A stretch of DNA of 64,000 bases from Octopus sinensis (lineage: Eukaryota). Below the pieces are notes generated by a model that was not told where the DNA came from, made no database searches, and saw nothing but the letters and a program-made list of their open reading frames with translations. Of this stretch, positions 1 through 11,175 are shown in pieces. Where the stretch lies: contig NC_043000.1 of the NCBI RefSeq assembly GCF_006345805.1, positions 137,826,001-137,890,000 of the forward strand, given 5' to 3'. Positions within the stretch are counted from its first letter, which is position 1, and the number at the start of each line of letters is the position of its first letter. The translations under genes and the position numbers were made by a program.

Positions 1-1231
1 GAAGAAAAGAAAGAAGGGGTGCAAAGAGAGAAAGGAAATGGGTTTACAAAGTTAAAGTAAAACAAATATAAATAATAATATGAATTAATAAAAGAGACAA
101 CATTAAAGGTAAGAAGAACGGCCCATTGGGATTCTGTATAGGAGGCAAAAGCAACCTAATAGTGAATAGCGGAAAGTTGCAAACGCTAGACGACTAGTAA
201 TAAGGTTAAAGCTATCATTAATAACATTAATCACAACTGAGACAGCTGAGATTCGGCCTGCTGTGTATTTTGTCTATTATTTACATCTTCGGTGGGCAGA
301 AGCTAAGGTACTTAATGCTAGTGTGCTACTATTAACAAGGGAAAACAAAAGAAAACTGTAAATTTGATTAAATGATTTTCTCTCTCTGAATCTCTGAAAT
401 GGCGGGCTTAATTTCATTCACGAATACAACCTTGTGTAAGAAAGGTTGTTATCACAGAGTTGAGTACCGAAGAGAATAATTAGGTTCCTGGGTATTAATT
501 CAAGTGATGTTACGTTTGCGTTTAAACGCCCATACGAACGCACACACATTTATTGTGAAGGGGAAAGAGAAAAAGAGTGAGTGAGTGAGAGAGAGAAAAA
601 GAGCACAGGCTGTAGCTAGACAGCTATGCTATAAATATACTTTTGTGTAAATGTATGTATGTACAGTTTGCTGCTTATCTGTATGCAGTTAATTGACGAT
701 GTGCCTTTATGTATGAGTATAAGGCCCAATTATATACAGCTATTGAGTAATTTTTATTCGATGTCTGATTATATTGTCTTTAAAAATATATAGAAAATAG
801 CAAAACACTGCTTGTGTATCGGAATAAAATGTTTATATATATATTTAAGTGTGTGCGTGAAACTCTACGCCATCTATGTTTCTATAAATCTGTATGTGTG
901 TGTGTGTAGTTGTGTATGTAGCACTGAAGTTTTACTCTGCATGTGAACTTTCGTTTACATAGATATACATAATGTGTGCTTTGCAATTTAAAACAATACA
1001 TTACGGTATGTCTGAGTAGCCAAAATTGTGGATACAGACAATTTATATTTTCGTCGATGTAAATTTGTGGGTGCATGTGTGTGTGCACGTGTTTGTGTGT
1101 GTGTGTTTGTGTTTGAGTTTGTGTTGTGTGTGTCTGTGTCTACAAACGTCCCATTTGCTTGTGTAATGCCTTATATATTTTATATGGTTGGTGTTGACAC
1201 GATTTCGAGCATAATCAATTTCTCATTGGAA

Positions 1232-1592
1232 ATGTTTTGGTAGTGTTTCTGCCATATGCCCTTAGATGACTACCTTGTAATTATTTTGTGTTACATGTTC
1301 ATGACAAACGGATTACCCAGTCTGTCAAGCAACATTGGAACAGCCGTTTCAACCCGCCGCCTTTTTCAAAAATGGACTTTCAGTGTCAGCGTATAAGACC
1401 ATACTATGGGATATAAGAGACTTTGCTGGAACTATGCATGCAATCAATTTATGTCGGTCTTCGTATAAATGATATTTCATGGCGGAGAGGTACAGATTTT
1501 AAATCTGTAATGTAACCAGCAAAGACTATGCAGTATAGATTATCCATGGGGTAGTCATCTAAGGGCATATGGCAGAAATACTATCAAAACAT
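1232..1592. mobile_element. MITE-like element with 43-bp terminal inverted repeats
   Basis: 1232-1274 (atgttttggtagtgtttctgccatatgcccttagatgactacc) matches the reverse complement of 1550-1592 at 41/43 positions. The spacer is 275 bp and non-coding. No TSD is evident. Confidence 0.6.
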
Positions 1593-2837
1593 GCAAAACA
1601 TCAAATTTTACAGTTTTCGGACAATATATTTCATTGGTGGATATTTCGAATTTTCTGAAATTAAAGAATATGTATTTCCTAATTATATTCCACCATTAGC
1701 TTTTTTTTATACGCGAAATAATAGTAATCAGCTTGGAGTCCTGAATATAGGCCTGATACGCTTCATGCGAAATATTTCGACTATTTTGATGTGTTGTGAC
1801 TATGGGGTCAATCACTCAAAAGAGAATAACTGAGATGTAAAGATTCAGGCTTTGTGTTATTTCGTTGTACATCTATCTTCAAAAATATACACATATTAAA
1901 ACAAGGGACTAAATACAATCTTCACTTTTTGTTCAGGGATCATTTTCCAGAGATGAGATCCTACTGGATCTGAGAAATATATAATTGTATTCCACGACAC
2001 TAAGGGTTAACAAGGCATGGTTTAAGTAATTATATTTAAATTTTCTTTTGGTTTCTCTTCCGGGAAAATAATATAAGAAATATTCCTAAAAACACGTTTA
2101 ATGTGAAGTTAATGACCAGGAGCTGAAATATTTTATCGTAGTTCTGCTATCTGCATATACCTCAACAATTATTGACTAAGATTATTATCGATTGGAATGT
2201 TATGAGTACTTTGTTGTAATCCATGTACATCTATTATAATCTTATTAAAGTCAATCTTTCCAGTAACACAACCGTATATCATGTAATTAATTGATATCAT
2301 AGTTGTTAACATTGGATAATAGTCATAGCCATCAATTAGATCATTACTCGAAGAAGCATCTTTTCCGCTATTTACGCAATATTAATTTTAGCAGCCGTGG
2401 TTTGGAAGAGGTCCAAGTATCATTCTAAGATCATTTCTGGCGATATAACGTTGCCCACTAGATAATATCGGCACTAATGTAAAATATAAGGCTATATTTC
2501 AAGGCTTTGCTGGAAACAGGTTATCAGTAGTTCATCTCAAAGATAGAAACAGGGGTAAAATATATCGAAAAGTCGTCTAATAATCACTGTATCAATTAAA
2601 ATTAAGTCTCGCGATTTGAATTTAATCCGAATTGACCAAATGTTTTGTATTTTATTTAATATCAAGGTTTCAGTCACATACACAACTACAAACTCAATAT
2701 TGAAACGCAAGCATATACAAGCATGCATTTACAGACACACAGACACAGACAGACAGACACACACACACACGTACACATGCGCATACACACTATGCACACA
2801 TATGTGCATGCATGTAGGTATATATATATATATATAA

Positions 2838-3040
2838 TCTTTTATTCTTTTACTTGTTTCAATCATTTGACTGAAGCCATGCTGGAGAACAGCCTTTAGT
2901 CAAACAAATCGACCCCAGGACATGTTCTATCGGTCTGTTCAGCCGAACCGCTAAGTTACGGGGACGTAAACGCACCAACATCAGTTGGTTGTCAAGCAAT
3001 GGTAGTGGGGACAAACACAGACACACACAAAAATATACAC
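2838..3040 (-). mobile_element. SINE family A, 3' half only
   Basis: Reverse complement aligns to the 3' half of the full copy at 10436-10853 (gctccagcatgg...tgactgaaacaagtaaaag tail). It stops at the internal (TA/CA)n tract. Confidence 0.8.
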
Positions 3041-3102
3041 AAATATATATATGTATATACATATATATATACACACACGTATGTATATATATATATATGT
3101 AT

Positions 3103-3210
3103 ATATATTTTAAGTTAGAGATAGTAGACCCCTACATCTCACCAAATAAAAATAAAATAATTTTTATTTGGTGAGATGTAGGGGTCTACTATCTCTAAAT
3201 TAAAATATAT
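3103..3210. repeat. Near-perfect 108-bp palindrome
   Basis: 3115-3153 and 3160-3198 are exact 39-bp reverse complements around a 6-nt loop. After one mismatch, pairing continues for 11 more bp on each side. Confidence 0.95.
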
Positions 3211-3310
3211 TTCTTCATTGGGAATAATTTGAACCTCTGTTATGCCGGAATTTTTATTCCCTAAAAAATAATATATACATATATATATATATATTATATA
3301 TATATATATA

Positions 3311-3409
3311 TATAACCCAAAAATAAGCAACAGGAATGGATCGGTAATTTAGTACTAAACAATTGTACTAAATTACCGATACATTCTTGTTGCTTATTTT
3401 TGGGTTATA
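3311..3409. repeat. Second long palindrome, 45-bp arms
   Basis: 3311-3355 vs 3365-3409 are reverse complements with 2 mismatches; 9-nt loop taaacaatt. Confidence 0.95.
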
Positions 3410-4849
3410 ATCACCTCACATAATTTTATGGGTAATACCATTAAAAAATTCTGGTGCATCTAAGTTAAGTACCATATTCATTTGAATCTAAATTGTTTTG
3501 CTGAAATTATATATATATATATGTAGGGAGGCAGTAAATTGCGACACTCAAACGCGAGATATTGATGAGATAAAATCCCTGATTGCATAATACTATAGTA
3601 CGGTTAAGTTAAGTAACTGTTACAGCATTTTGATGAAACACGAGTATGCCTTATAAATCTTTGAATACCATACTAGTTTTCTGCCTATTATTTTTCTACG
3701 CACGCACGCACACATGCACACAAACACACACAAACACACACTCACACACGCGTAATATCCGTATCTCTCTCTCTCTCTCTCTATCTCTTTGTATATATAT
3801 AAATGAGTCTGTGTTTGTGTGTACTTGTATAAGTCTGTGCGTCTATTATTTTTTCACTCCGGATATATATTGAAGTTTAGATTACAGTGCTTTTATTCAA
3901 GGTACGTATGTAGCTGTTTCATTTGTCTCACTACCACTTAGCGTTAAGTCAAAAGTTTTTGCTATGTTTTGGTAACCTACTTGCTTTATTTCTTAAATTA
4001 CAACAAAAACAAAGTTGAGGCCATCGCGTTGCTCTGTCCGAAGCCACCCTTCTATCAGTTCTCTGATGCCAGTTCTTGTCCTTCGAGGCGAATAACACCT
4101 TCACTGAGAATTCTACCTACACTTGGGTGATGACATATCACGTGCGCAGAGTGTGAGCTATGTGAAAATCAAAACTACTCCCCCCTCTCTCTCTCTTTCT
4201 TACACATACGCACACATACTCACACAACGCATACACACATTTATTTATTCACATCTATTGATATGTATGCTGGTCTAATTTTGTGTTCATATAACTTTCT
4301 ATATCTTCTGGTCATCACGGGTTTGGCCTACGTCCTTTTCCTTTCCAACACAGTATCCTAACTATTTCATATGTTTGTCAGTATTTTACTGACTCTCATT
4401 CTACGAGCAAAATATTTCATTTAGTGTTACATGATTGTGAAATATAATGACTTAAAATTGCCAATTTCACACAAAGGCTGAGTCATTGGTTTGCCTTCAA
4501 TACAGGAAATGATCAATTTTCGTCTCCAGTACCAAATTTCAGAAGTCAATAATTCTATTTTTTTAAAACTTTGATTTATTTTCCAAGTTTTCGCTCGGTC
4601 CATATATCTTTGTTTCGATTAAAATAGCTTGTCTTGCCTAATTCCACAGTCTTCTTACTTTGGCTATTATTTTGATTTTTCTTATAAAACAAAACGATCT
4701 GTCACTTTAAGCATCATAGCTCTCGGTTGAATGAACGGAGTATGACGATTGCTTGGTTTTCAAATAGAACGATGGTAGAAATATTAATTTCAATACATTC
4801 AACGATAATGATCAATGCCACATCTATATGTGATTTGGTCTCTCCCTCA

Positions 4850-5069
4850 GTCTCTCTCTCCCTCTCTCTCTCTATCTCTATCTCTACCTGCCTATCTACC
4901 TATGTATCTATATACATATGTATACATGTAGAAGATTTATATTAAAATATATATATTCTCACTCTTGCTCTTTCTCTCTCTTTCTCTGTATGTCTGTCTC
5001 TCTCTCTCTTTCTCTCTCTCTCTATCTATCTTTCTACCTACCTCCCTACCTATCTATCTATCTCTCTAC

Positions 5070-5121
<52 letters not shown>

Positions 5122-5123
5122 AT

Positions 5124-5188
<65 letters not shown>

Positions 5189-5195
5189 ATGTAAA
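4850..5195. repeat. Compound microsatellite (CT)n/(TATC)n/(TA)n
   Basis: Directly visible simple repeats. Confidence 0.95.
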
Positions 5196-5204
5196 AAAAT
5201 ACTA

Positions 5205-5900
5205 ACTGGGACAAGAACGCAAAACGTTTAGCAGACGATACAAAAAAACACGGACGGGACATTCGAAGCCTTCAATCTTCAGTCAAGAACCGGATCATCC
5301 TCGCAATTTCGGCTGATTAATCTTGAGATCGCTCCGATCCGGCCAGCCCCAAGGAAAAACTAAGCTACGAGCATAAGATTTCTTGGAAAAAGGATCGAAT
5401 TTATACGAAACAGGGACAGAAAAACGGACGATGCCACACGGATATAAATACAAAAAGCAATAATAGTAATAACAGGACAAAAACAGCAGGTGTCTTACGA
5501 CTATAGACAGTACAACTTAGTTTAGCTGACGTATTTGGAAAAAAATGCCTTTTTCGGCAGACGAAGAAAACGATGTTTTCATGGCGGTGGTCGGAAGCCG
5601 AAAGATGGTCGGAAGCCGAAAGGCACGTGACCAGCGGTTACGTGAGAGGAGGAGAGAGAGAAAAAAGGGGGCAAAGAAATCAAAGAGAGAGAAAAAAGAG
5701 GGAGAAAGGCATCAAAGAATGGAGAAGAGAGAGAAAGAAGGAATTAAAGAGAGGAGAGGAAATAGAATATATATATTCTAAATGTTTCCATTACACGGTT
5801 TTCCGTCTCAATCATGTAGGATATAATCAAAGTGCACGTCTGGTAAGCGTAAGGGTGACCGTGCACTGCGGCACACTACTAGGGCCTACCCAAAATAAGG
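5205..5900. mobile_element. Unclassified GC-richer interspersed repeat, possibly a Penelope-like terminal repeat
   Basis: Sharp GC/CpG increase right after (TA)n, an 18-bp-period tandem of tggtcggaagccgaaag (5588-5622) and a purine-rich tract. There is no second copy in the window; the class is from recall only. Confidence 0.3.
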
Positions 5901-5959
5901 TTTGTATTCTAAAGTTTTAAAGTTGCTTATCTTAACTCTATTTTTTATTATAACTTATA

Positions 5960-6170
5960 TATAGCCTCGGGGCGACCCAAAAATTATGTGTGGATTTGGT
6001 AGACGGAAACTGAAAGAAGACCATCGTATGTATATATATATGTTTGTGTGTCTCTGTCTCCCCACCATCGCTTGACAACCGATGTTGGTACATTTACGAC
6101 CACGAAACCTAGCGGTTCGACAAAAGCGACAGATAGAATAAGTACTAAGCTTACAAAGAATAAGTCTTGT
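5960..6170 (+). mobile_element. SINE family A, truncated at both ends
   Basis: Contains tatagcctcggg...gtggatttggtagacggaaactgaaagaag and gatagaataagtact...cttacaaagaataagtc, shared with 10436-10853. Confidence 0.8.
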
Positions 6171-6497
6171 TCTTGACTTGAAATCATCTGCAAAAATTCT
6201 TATTTTGCTGTGGTTGATGACTCCAGTGATGTTATTGTTGTAGATGATGAAAAGTGGGCTCTATTGGAACACCGCTATATATTACCTTCGAAACACGCAT
6301 TGAATCGAAACAGGGGCAAATGATGAAGGGGAATTTTCCTTGTATTGTTTGTCTTGTACTCTGTTTTTTTCGTTGTTAAAAAAAGTCCGTTTCCTTGTTT
6401 GATTTTATGTTTTCGTTTCTCGTTGTGTTCTACGTTTATTTGTGGTGTTCTGTACTCATATATGCATTTATATATACATATAGGTGTAGGTATGTAC

Positions 6498-6530
<33 letters not shown>

Positions 6531-6570
6531 TGTATGTATGTATGTATGTATGTATGTATGTATGTATATG
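6498..6570. repeat. (TATG)n microsatellite
   Basis: Directly visible; it explains the YVCM/IHTY ORFs. Confidence 0.95.
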
Positions 6571-6607
6571 TTTTATTTATTAAATTGTTATTATATATAT
6601 GTATATA

Positions 6608-6947
6608 TTCTTTTATTCTATTATTTCTTTCAGTCATTTGACAGCGTCCATGATGCAGTACCACCTTTCGTCGAAGAAATCGACCCCAGGACTTATTTTT
6701 TGTAAGCCTAGTACTTATTCTATCGGAGTTTTTTTGCCGACCTGCTAAGTTACTGGAAATTAAACACACCAACATCAGTTGTCAGGAGGTGATGGGGGTA
6801 CGAACACATACACCAAATCCACTCACAAGGCTTTGGTTGGCCCGAGACTATAGTAGAAGACACTTGCCCAAGGTGCCACGCAGTGGGACTGAACGCGGAA
6901 CCATGTGGCTGGGAAGCAAGCTTCGTACCACAGAGCTACGCATGCGC
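6608..6947 (-). mobile_element. SINE family A with internal deletion
   Basis: Head, accttgggcaagtgtc segment and tail align to 10436-10853; the central microsatellite segment is missing. Confidence 0.85.
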
Positions 6948-8149
6948 TTATATATATATACATATATATAGATGTTCATTTCTTAGATACTATTATTCAG
7001 ATGTCAATTTCATTAAAGTTTTTCCTTCCAAAAAATAATTTTCTCAATATCTTTATATAATTTGAACAAATATGGGGATAATTTTAATATTTATCGAGTC
7101 CTTCACAAATTTCTCTGTGTTTACACCCTATTTTCATTTATATTTTGCTAGTAAATCGCCAAAAATCGCTAACCGAAAATTTCATCTCTCCAAATTATTC
7201 GAAACCTAAGTAATATATTCGCTGTAATTAACAACACACAATCATACAGGGCTTTGAAACTTATGAGATTCCACTCAAAATTATTTTGCATTCGTAAGCA
7301 TGCATACATTGCCTCAGGTTTTTACCAAAATCCAGTCGTTCATGGACAAGCTGATGTGAGAGGAAATTACCTGAAGTGGAATATTTAAATATATTTTTTA
7401 TACTTAAATGGACACCAATAGTTTCTCAAACAAACTGCATTTTGCTATTTTTAATTTAGTTTTACAAAGAGCGCTTGCTTTTTCATATCAAGGGACCAAT
7501 GCCCCTCTGTATCGAAAATTTGACACCACTTCACTTAGATGCTCAGGTTTTGGTAACATATTTTGAATAGTGAATTTCAATATCATCCATTCAATGTTTG
7601 TTTTAATTTTTAATATTGTATTTAATACTTTGACAAATTCACATCCATTATTTGCATTATTCACCAGTATTAATTTTCCTTGGTTTTGTTGGATATTTTG
7701 CACAACATTTTTCATATACTTTTCATTATTCCATGATTTCATATTCTTCTATAAACGTCTGATTCTATTTGTTTCTTCCAGTTATAGATTTAAGAATATG
7801 TGCTTTTAACTTTTCCTGATTGCCTTTGAAGGAGTTCAGTTGCTTTAATCCTCGTCTATTTGATTATGAATTCTTGATTTCAGACACGTGATTTCTTTTG
7901 CAATATCAGTTGCATTTTCAGATAATCACTTTGATTGTTTTTGTCATTTCAATTCGTGGAATATTCCCTTTTTACACTTTATTTTATGAAACATTTTACT
8001 TGATCTTAAAGACCTTCAAAATACTTAGTACAAATTATATTTCCAACGTTCGACGAACTGTTATCAATAAAAGTTTGCAGAAATACTTTCAGATATTTTT
8101 TATTGATAACTTATTTTCTTCATAGATTTAAACTTAAATTCCCATTACT

Positions 8150-8420
8150 CATATCTATAATCAACATCTGGTAAAGTTTTGCTTGAATGAATTATACGTT
8201 TCTTGCTTTTTTTTATTATTATTATCATATAATCGATTTCATTATAGTATTCCGTATTTGTAGAAGCGAAGTGTATAATCGTCTTTTACGCAACTAAAAA
8301 AGTATTCATTATACATAGATCTTTCTCTTAGCAGAAATTGATCAATCTCTGACCTATTTAATTTCTGTTACTAAGAGTGAAATTCTCAATTATTGGACAA
8401 GTTGAATCTTTTCCCACTCC
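8150..8420 (-). pseudogene. Degenerate RTE-type LINE apurinic endonuclease fragment
   Basis: Minus strand reads ENFTLSNRN*IGQRLINFC*EKDLCIMNTF...NEIDYMII...KTLPDVD, resembling the RTE APE motifs G.RN..G.RL..FC...L.I.NTF...N.IDYI..KT.PGAD. The relic may extend to about 7500. Confidence 0.5.
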
Positions 8421-8914
8421 TGCAACCAATCCACACTTTATTAATTGATCTATACCTTTGGTATTGCTTCAATAAATTTTGGAAAATCCTCTCAGAATCC
8501 TTTGAACGGTTTCAGTTCGTGCTTACTTTTCTAGCAGTCTGATATTAATTTGCCGTTCATAATAACTGATAAGAATTTGTCACAAACCGCAATATATATC
8601 AATCTGATTGCCTATGATAAACATACGCTATTTACCATTTTTAGATTGATATAGCGTGCGATCATATAAGACGAAATAACCAATTCCATTCGATCACAAT
8701 GTTTAATTTTCTTCTATATTTTCAGACTTACAGACAATACACACACACACACCCAACCCAATCTCTCACCCTTTACACACACGTATAATTAATTTAAAAA
8801 CACACACATACATACACACACAGACATATATATATATACAGTGCTATATTTAAGAGATGACAAATTATGTACATTATTTACATTTTACGAATATTTGCCC
8901 TCATCTTTGTTGTT

Positions 8915-8957
8915 AACACGTTTCGGCTGATATAATCTCCAGCCGTCATCGGGTGTC
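8915..8957 (-). ncRNA. Degenerate minimal type-I hammerhead ribozyme motif
   Basis: Minus strand: GACAC CCGAUGA c GGCUG(loop)CAGCC GAAAC GUGUU. Stem I GACAC/GUGUU; U4>C; the cleavage triplet appears deleted. Confidence 0.5.
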
Positions 8958-9164
8958 TTGGGAAAATTTTGATTTGTAAATTCGATTCCGCGGGCAGTGA
9001 CCTGATTAATAATAATAATAATATTAATAATAATAATAATGGTAATAATAATAATAATAATATACAATAACCATCAGAGCATCACAACAAATCACAGCAC
9101 ATACCCAAGGCACACAGAGCTGCGCTCGGTAGTGAAGTGAAAGCACGCTATAAAAATAAAACTA

Positions 9165-9210
<46 letters not shown>

Positions 9211-9257
9211 TCAAAAAATACCTTAGGAATGAGAACCCAGGTAAGAAATTTCCCCAA

Positions 9258-9301
9258 GATACCTGATGAAGGCTGTAAGGTATATCAGCCGAAACATTGT
9301 T
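9258..9301 (+). ncRNA. Degenerate minimal type-I hammerhead ribozyme motif
   Basis: CUGAUGA 9263-69, A, stem II GGCUG 9271-75/CAGCC 9286-90, GAAA 9291-94, then CAUUGUU. Stems I and III are eroded. Confidence 0.6.
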
Positions 9302-9644
9302 AACAACAAGCAAGATGGGGACAAATATCCGTCAAATGTAAATAATGTAAATAATATATATATTATTTTTAAGAAGGAAAAGTTTGATAGAGGGCCTGTG
9401 ACGGCGAGGAAACCAGTTTTTTTGAAGTTACTGGATGCCTTTTCCTTGTATACATTAATAAGTCCTCTGTTGAAAACCATTGAGTAATTCGTCAGTTTAC
9501 TGTTAGATTGTTTTATGTATAACTTCAATTAAAAATAACACAATTAATAAGTATTAATACATTTGTAATGCATGAGAGAATACTATCTAAATTTAGGCAA
9601 ATATATAAACAACAGTGCTGTATATACGTGCGTCGACTACAGTG

Positions 9645-9877
9645 AGGCGGTGAGCTGGCAGAAACGTTGGCACGCCAGGCGAAATGCTTAGCAGCATTTC
9701 GTTTGCCGCTACGTTCTGAGTTCAAATTCCGCCGAGGTTGACTTTGCCTTCCATCCATTCGGGGTCAATAAATTAAGTACCAGTAAAGCACTGGAGGCGA
9801 TATAATCGACTTAATGCGTTTGTCTGTCCTTGTTTGTCCTCTCTGTGTTTAGCCCCTTGTAGGTAGTAAAGAAATAG
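9645..9877 (+). mobile_element. SINE family B monomer (tRNA-like head)
   Basis: aggcggtgagctggcag head, box-B-like gagttcaaattcc, central gccttccatccattcggggtcaataaattaagtaccag; homologous to 22170-22590. Confidence 0.85.
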
Positions 9878-10027
9878 AAAACTAGATTACAGTCGGAATA
9901 CCCCCCCTGTTCCCAAGTTGTCGCAAATTTGGAAACTGTCGTTGTTTCAAATCTGCTTCTAAAGTATATATATCATGGAGATACATTGCATAGCAAGTAA
10001 CTGATCTGAGATCGTATGTTCAAACAA

Positions 10028-10314
10028 AAACAATTACAGCGTAGAAGGTGTTTATGAGTCATTTAAAAACACACGAAAACAGTTAGATTCACTTCGACAT
10101 TTAAATTTAAGTTGCCAAAATATTTTCATCGCTTTGAGACGGCGACTTGATCACTGCCAAAACTAAAATGCAGCACGGAATTTTGTCAGTGATCAGGTCG
10201 TGGTCTCAAAGCGATTAAAGTAATTTGGCAAATTAAATTTAAATGTTGACGTGAATCTAGCGGTTTTTGAGTGTTTTAAATGGCTTATAAACACCTTCCG
10301 CGCTGCAACTGTTT
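10028..10314. mobile_element. Foldback/palindromic MITE-like element
   Basis: About 137-bp arms (10028-10164 vs 10179-10314) align as imperfect reverse complements over their full length around a loop of about 14 nt. Confidence 0.85.
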
Positions 10315-10359
10315 ACATATACATACATACATACATACATACATACATACATACATACA

Positions 10360-10395
<36 letters not shown>

Positions 10396-10435
10396 TATAT
10401 ATTATATATATATTATATATATATATATATATATA

Positions 10436-10853
10436 GGCGCAGAAGTGGCTGTGTGGTAAGTAGCTTGCTAACCAACCACATGGTTCCGGGTTCAGTCCCA
10501 CTGCGTGGCATCTTGGGCAAGTGTCTTCTGCTATAGCTCCGGGCCAACCAATGCCTTGTGAGTGGATTTGGTAGACGGAAACTGAAAGAAGCCTGTCCTA
10601 TATATGTATATATATATATGTATGTCTGTGTGTGTTTGTGTGTCTGTGTTTGTTCCCCTAGCATTGCTTGACAACCGATGCTGGTGTGCTTACGCCTCCG
10701 TCACTTAGCGGTTCGGCAAAAAGAGACCGATAGAATAAGTACTGGGCTTACAAAGAATAAGTCCCGGGGTCGATTTGCTCGACTAAAGGCGGTGCTCCAG
10801 CATGGCCGCAGTCAAATGACTGAAACAAGTAAAAGAGTAAAAGAGTAAAAGAG
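10436..10853 (+). mobile_element. SINE family A, full length
   Basis: Box-A-like tggctgtgtgg, box-B-like ggttcagtccc, CORE-like atcttgggcaagtg, internal (TA)(TG) tract and (AAAAGAGT)n tail. It is inserted between TA-rich microsatellites. Confidence 0.9.
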
Positions 10854-10854
<1 letters not shown>

Positions 10855-10898
<44 letters not shown>

Positions 10899-10911
10899 CA
10901 TATATACATAC

Positions 10912-10944
<33 letters not shown>

Positions 10945-11039
10945 CATACATACATATATATATACATATATATACATATATATGTATATATATACACACA
11001 TATATACATATATATATACAAATACATATATATGCATAC

Positions 11040-11071
<32 letters not shown>

Positions 11072-11140
11072 TATATACAGATGCATATATATACATACAT
11101 ATATATATACATGCATACATACATACATATTTATATATAT

Positions 11141-11175
<35 letters not shown>
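10855..11175. repeat. Compound (TA)n/(TACA)n microsatellite
   Basis: Directly visible; a similar tract lies at 10315-10435. Confidence 0.95.

Larger units (their letters stand above)
8864..9355. mobile_element. Inverted pair of about 105-bp hammerhead-bearing repeats (inverted pLTR-like) around (AAT)n tracts
   Basis: 8864-8969 aligns to the reverse complement of 9246-9355. Each arm has a C(T/C)GATGA-GGCTG/CAGCC-GAAAC motif. (AAT)n lies at about 9005-9060 and 9168-9208. Confidence 0.7.

Noticed and set aside
1-600. TAAT/ATTA-rich stretch as a homeodomain enhancer
   Set aside because: Such motifs are expected by chance at this AT content; it would need conservation or chromatin data.
1995-2010. 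ctaagggttaa as a piggyBac end
   Set aside because: No partner TTAA-CCC terminus found.
5255-5292. Minus-strand CUGAAGA...GAAU hammerhead-like motif
   Set aside because: GAAU instead of GAAA, a 1-nt stem II loop and no stem I pairing.
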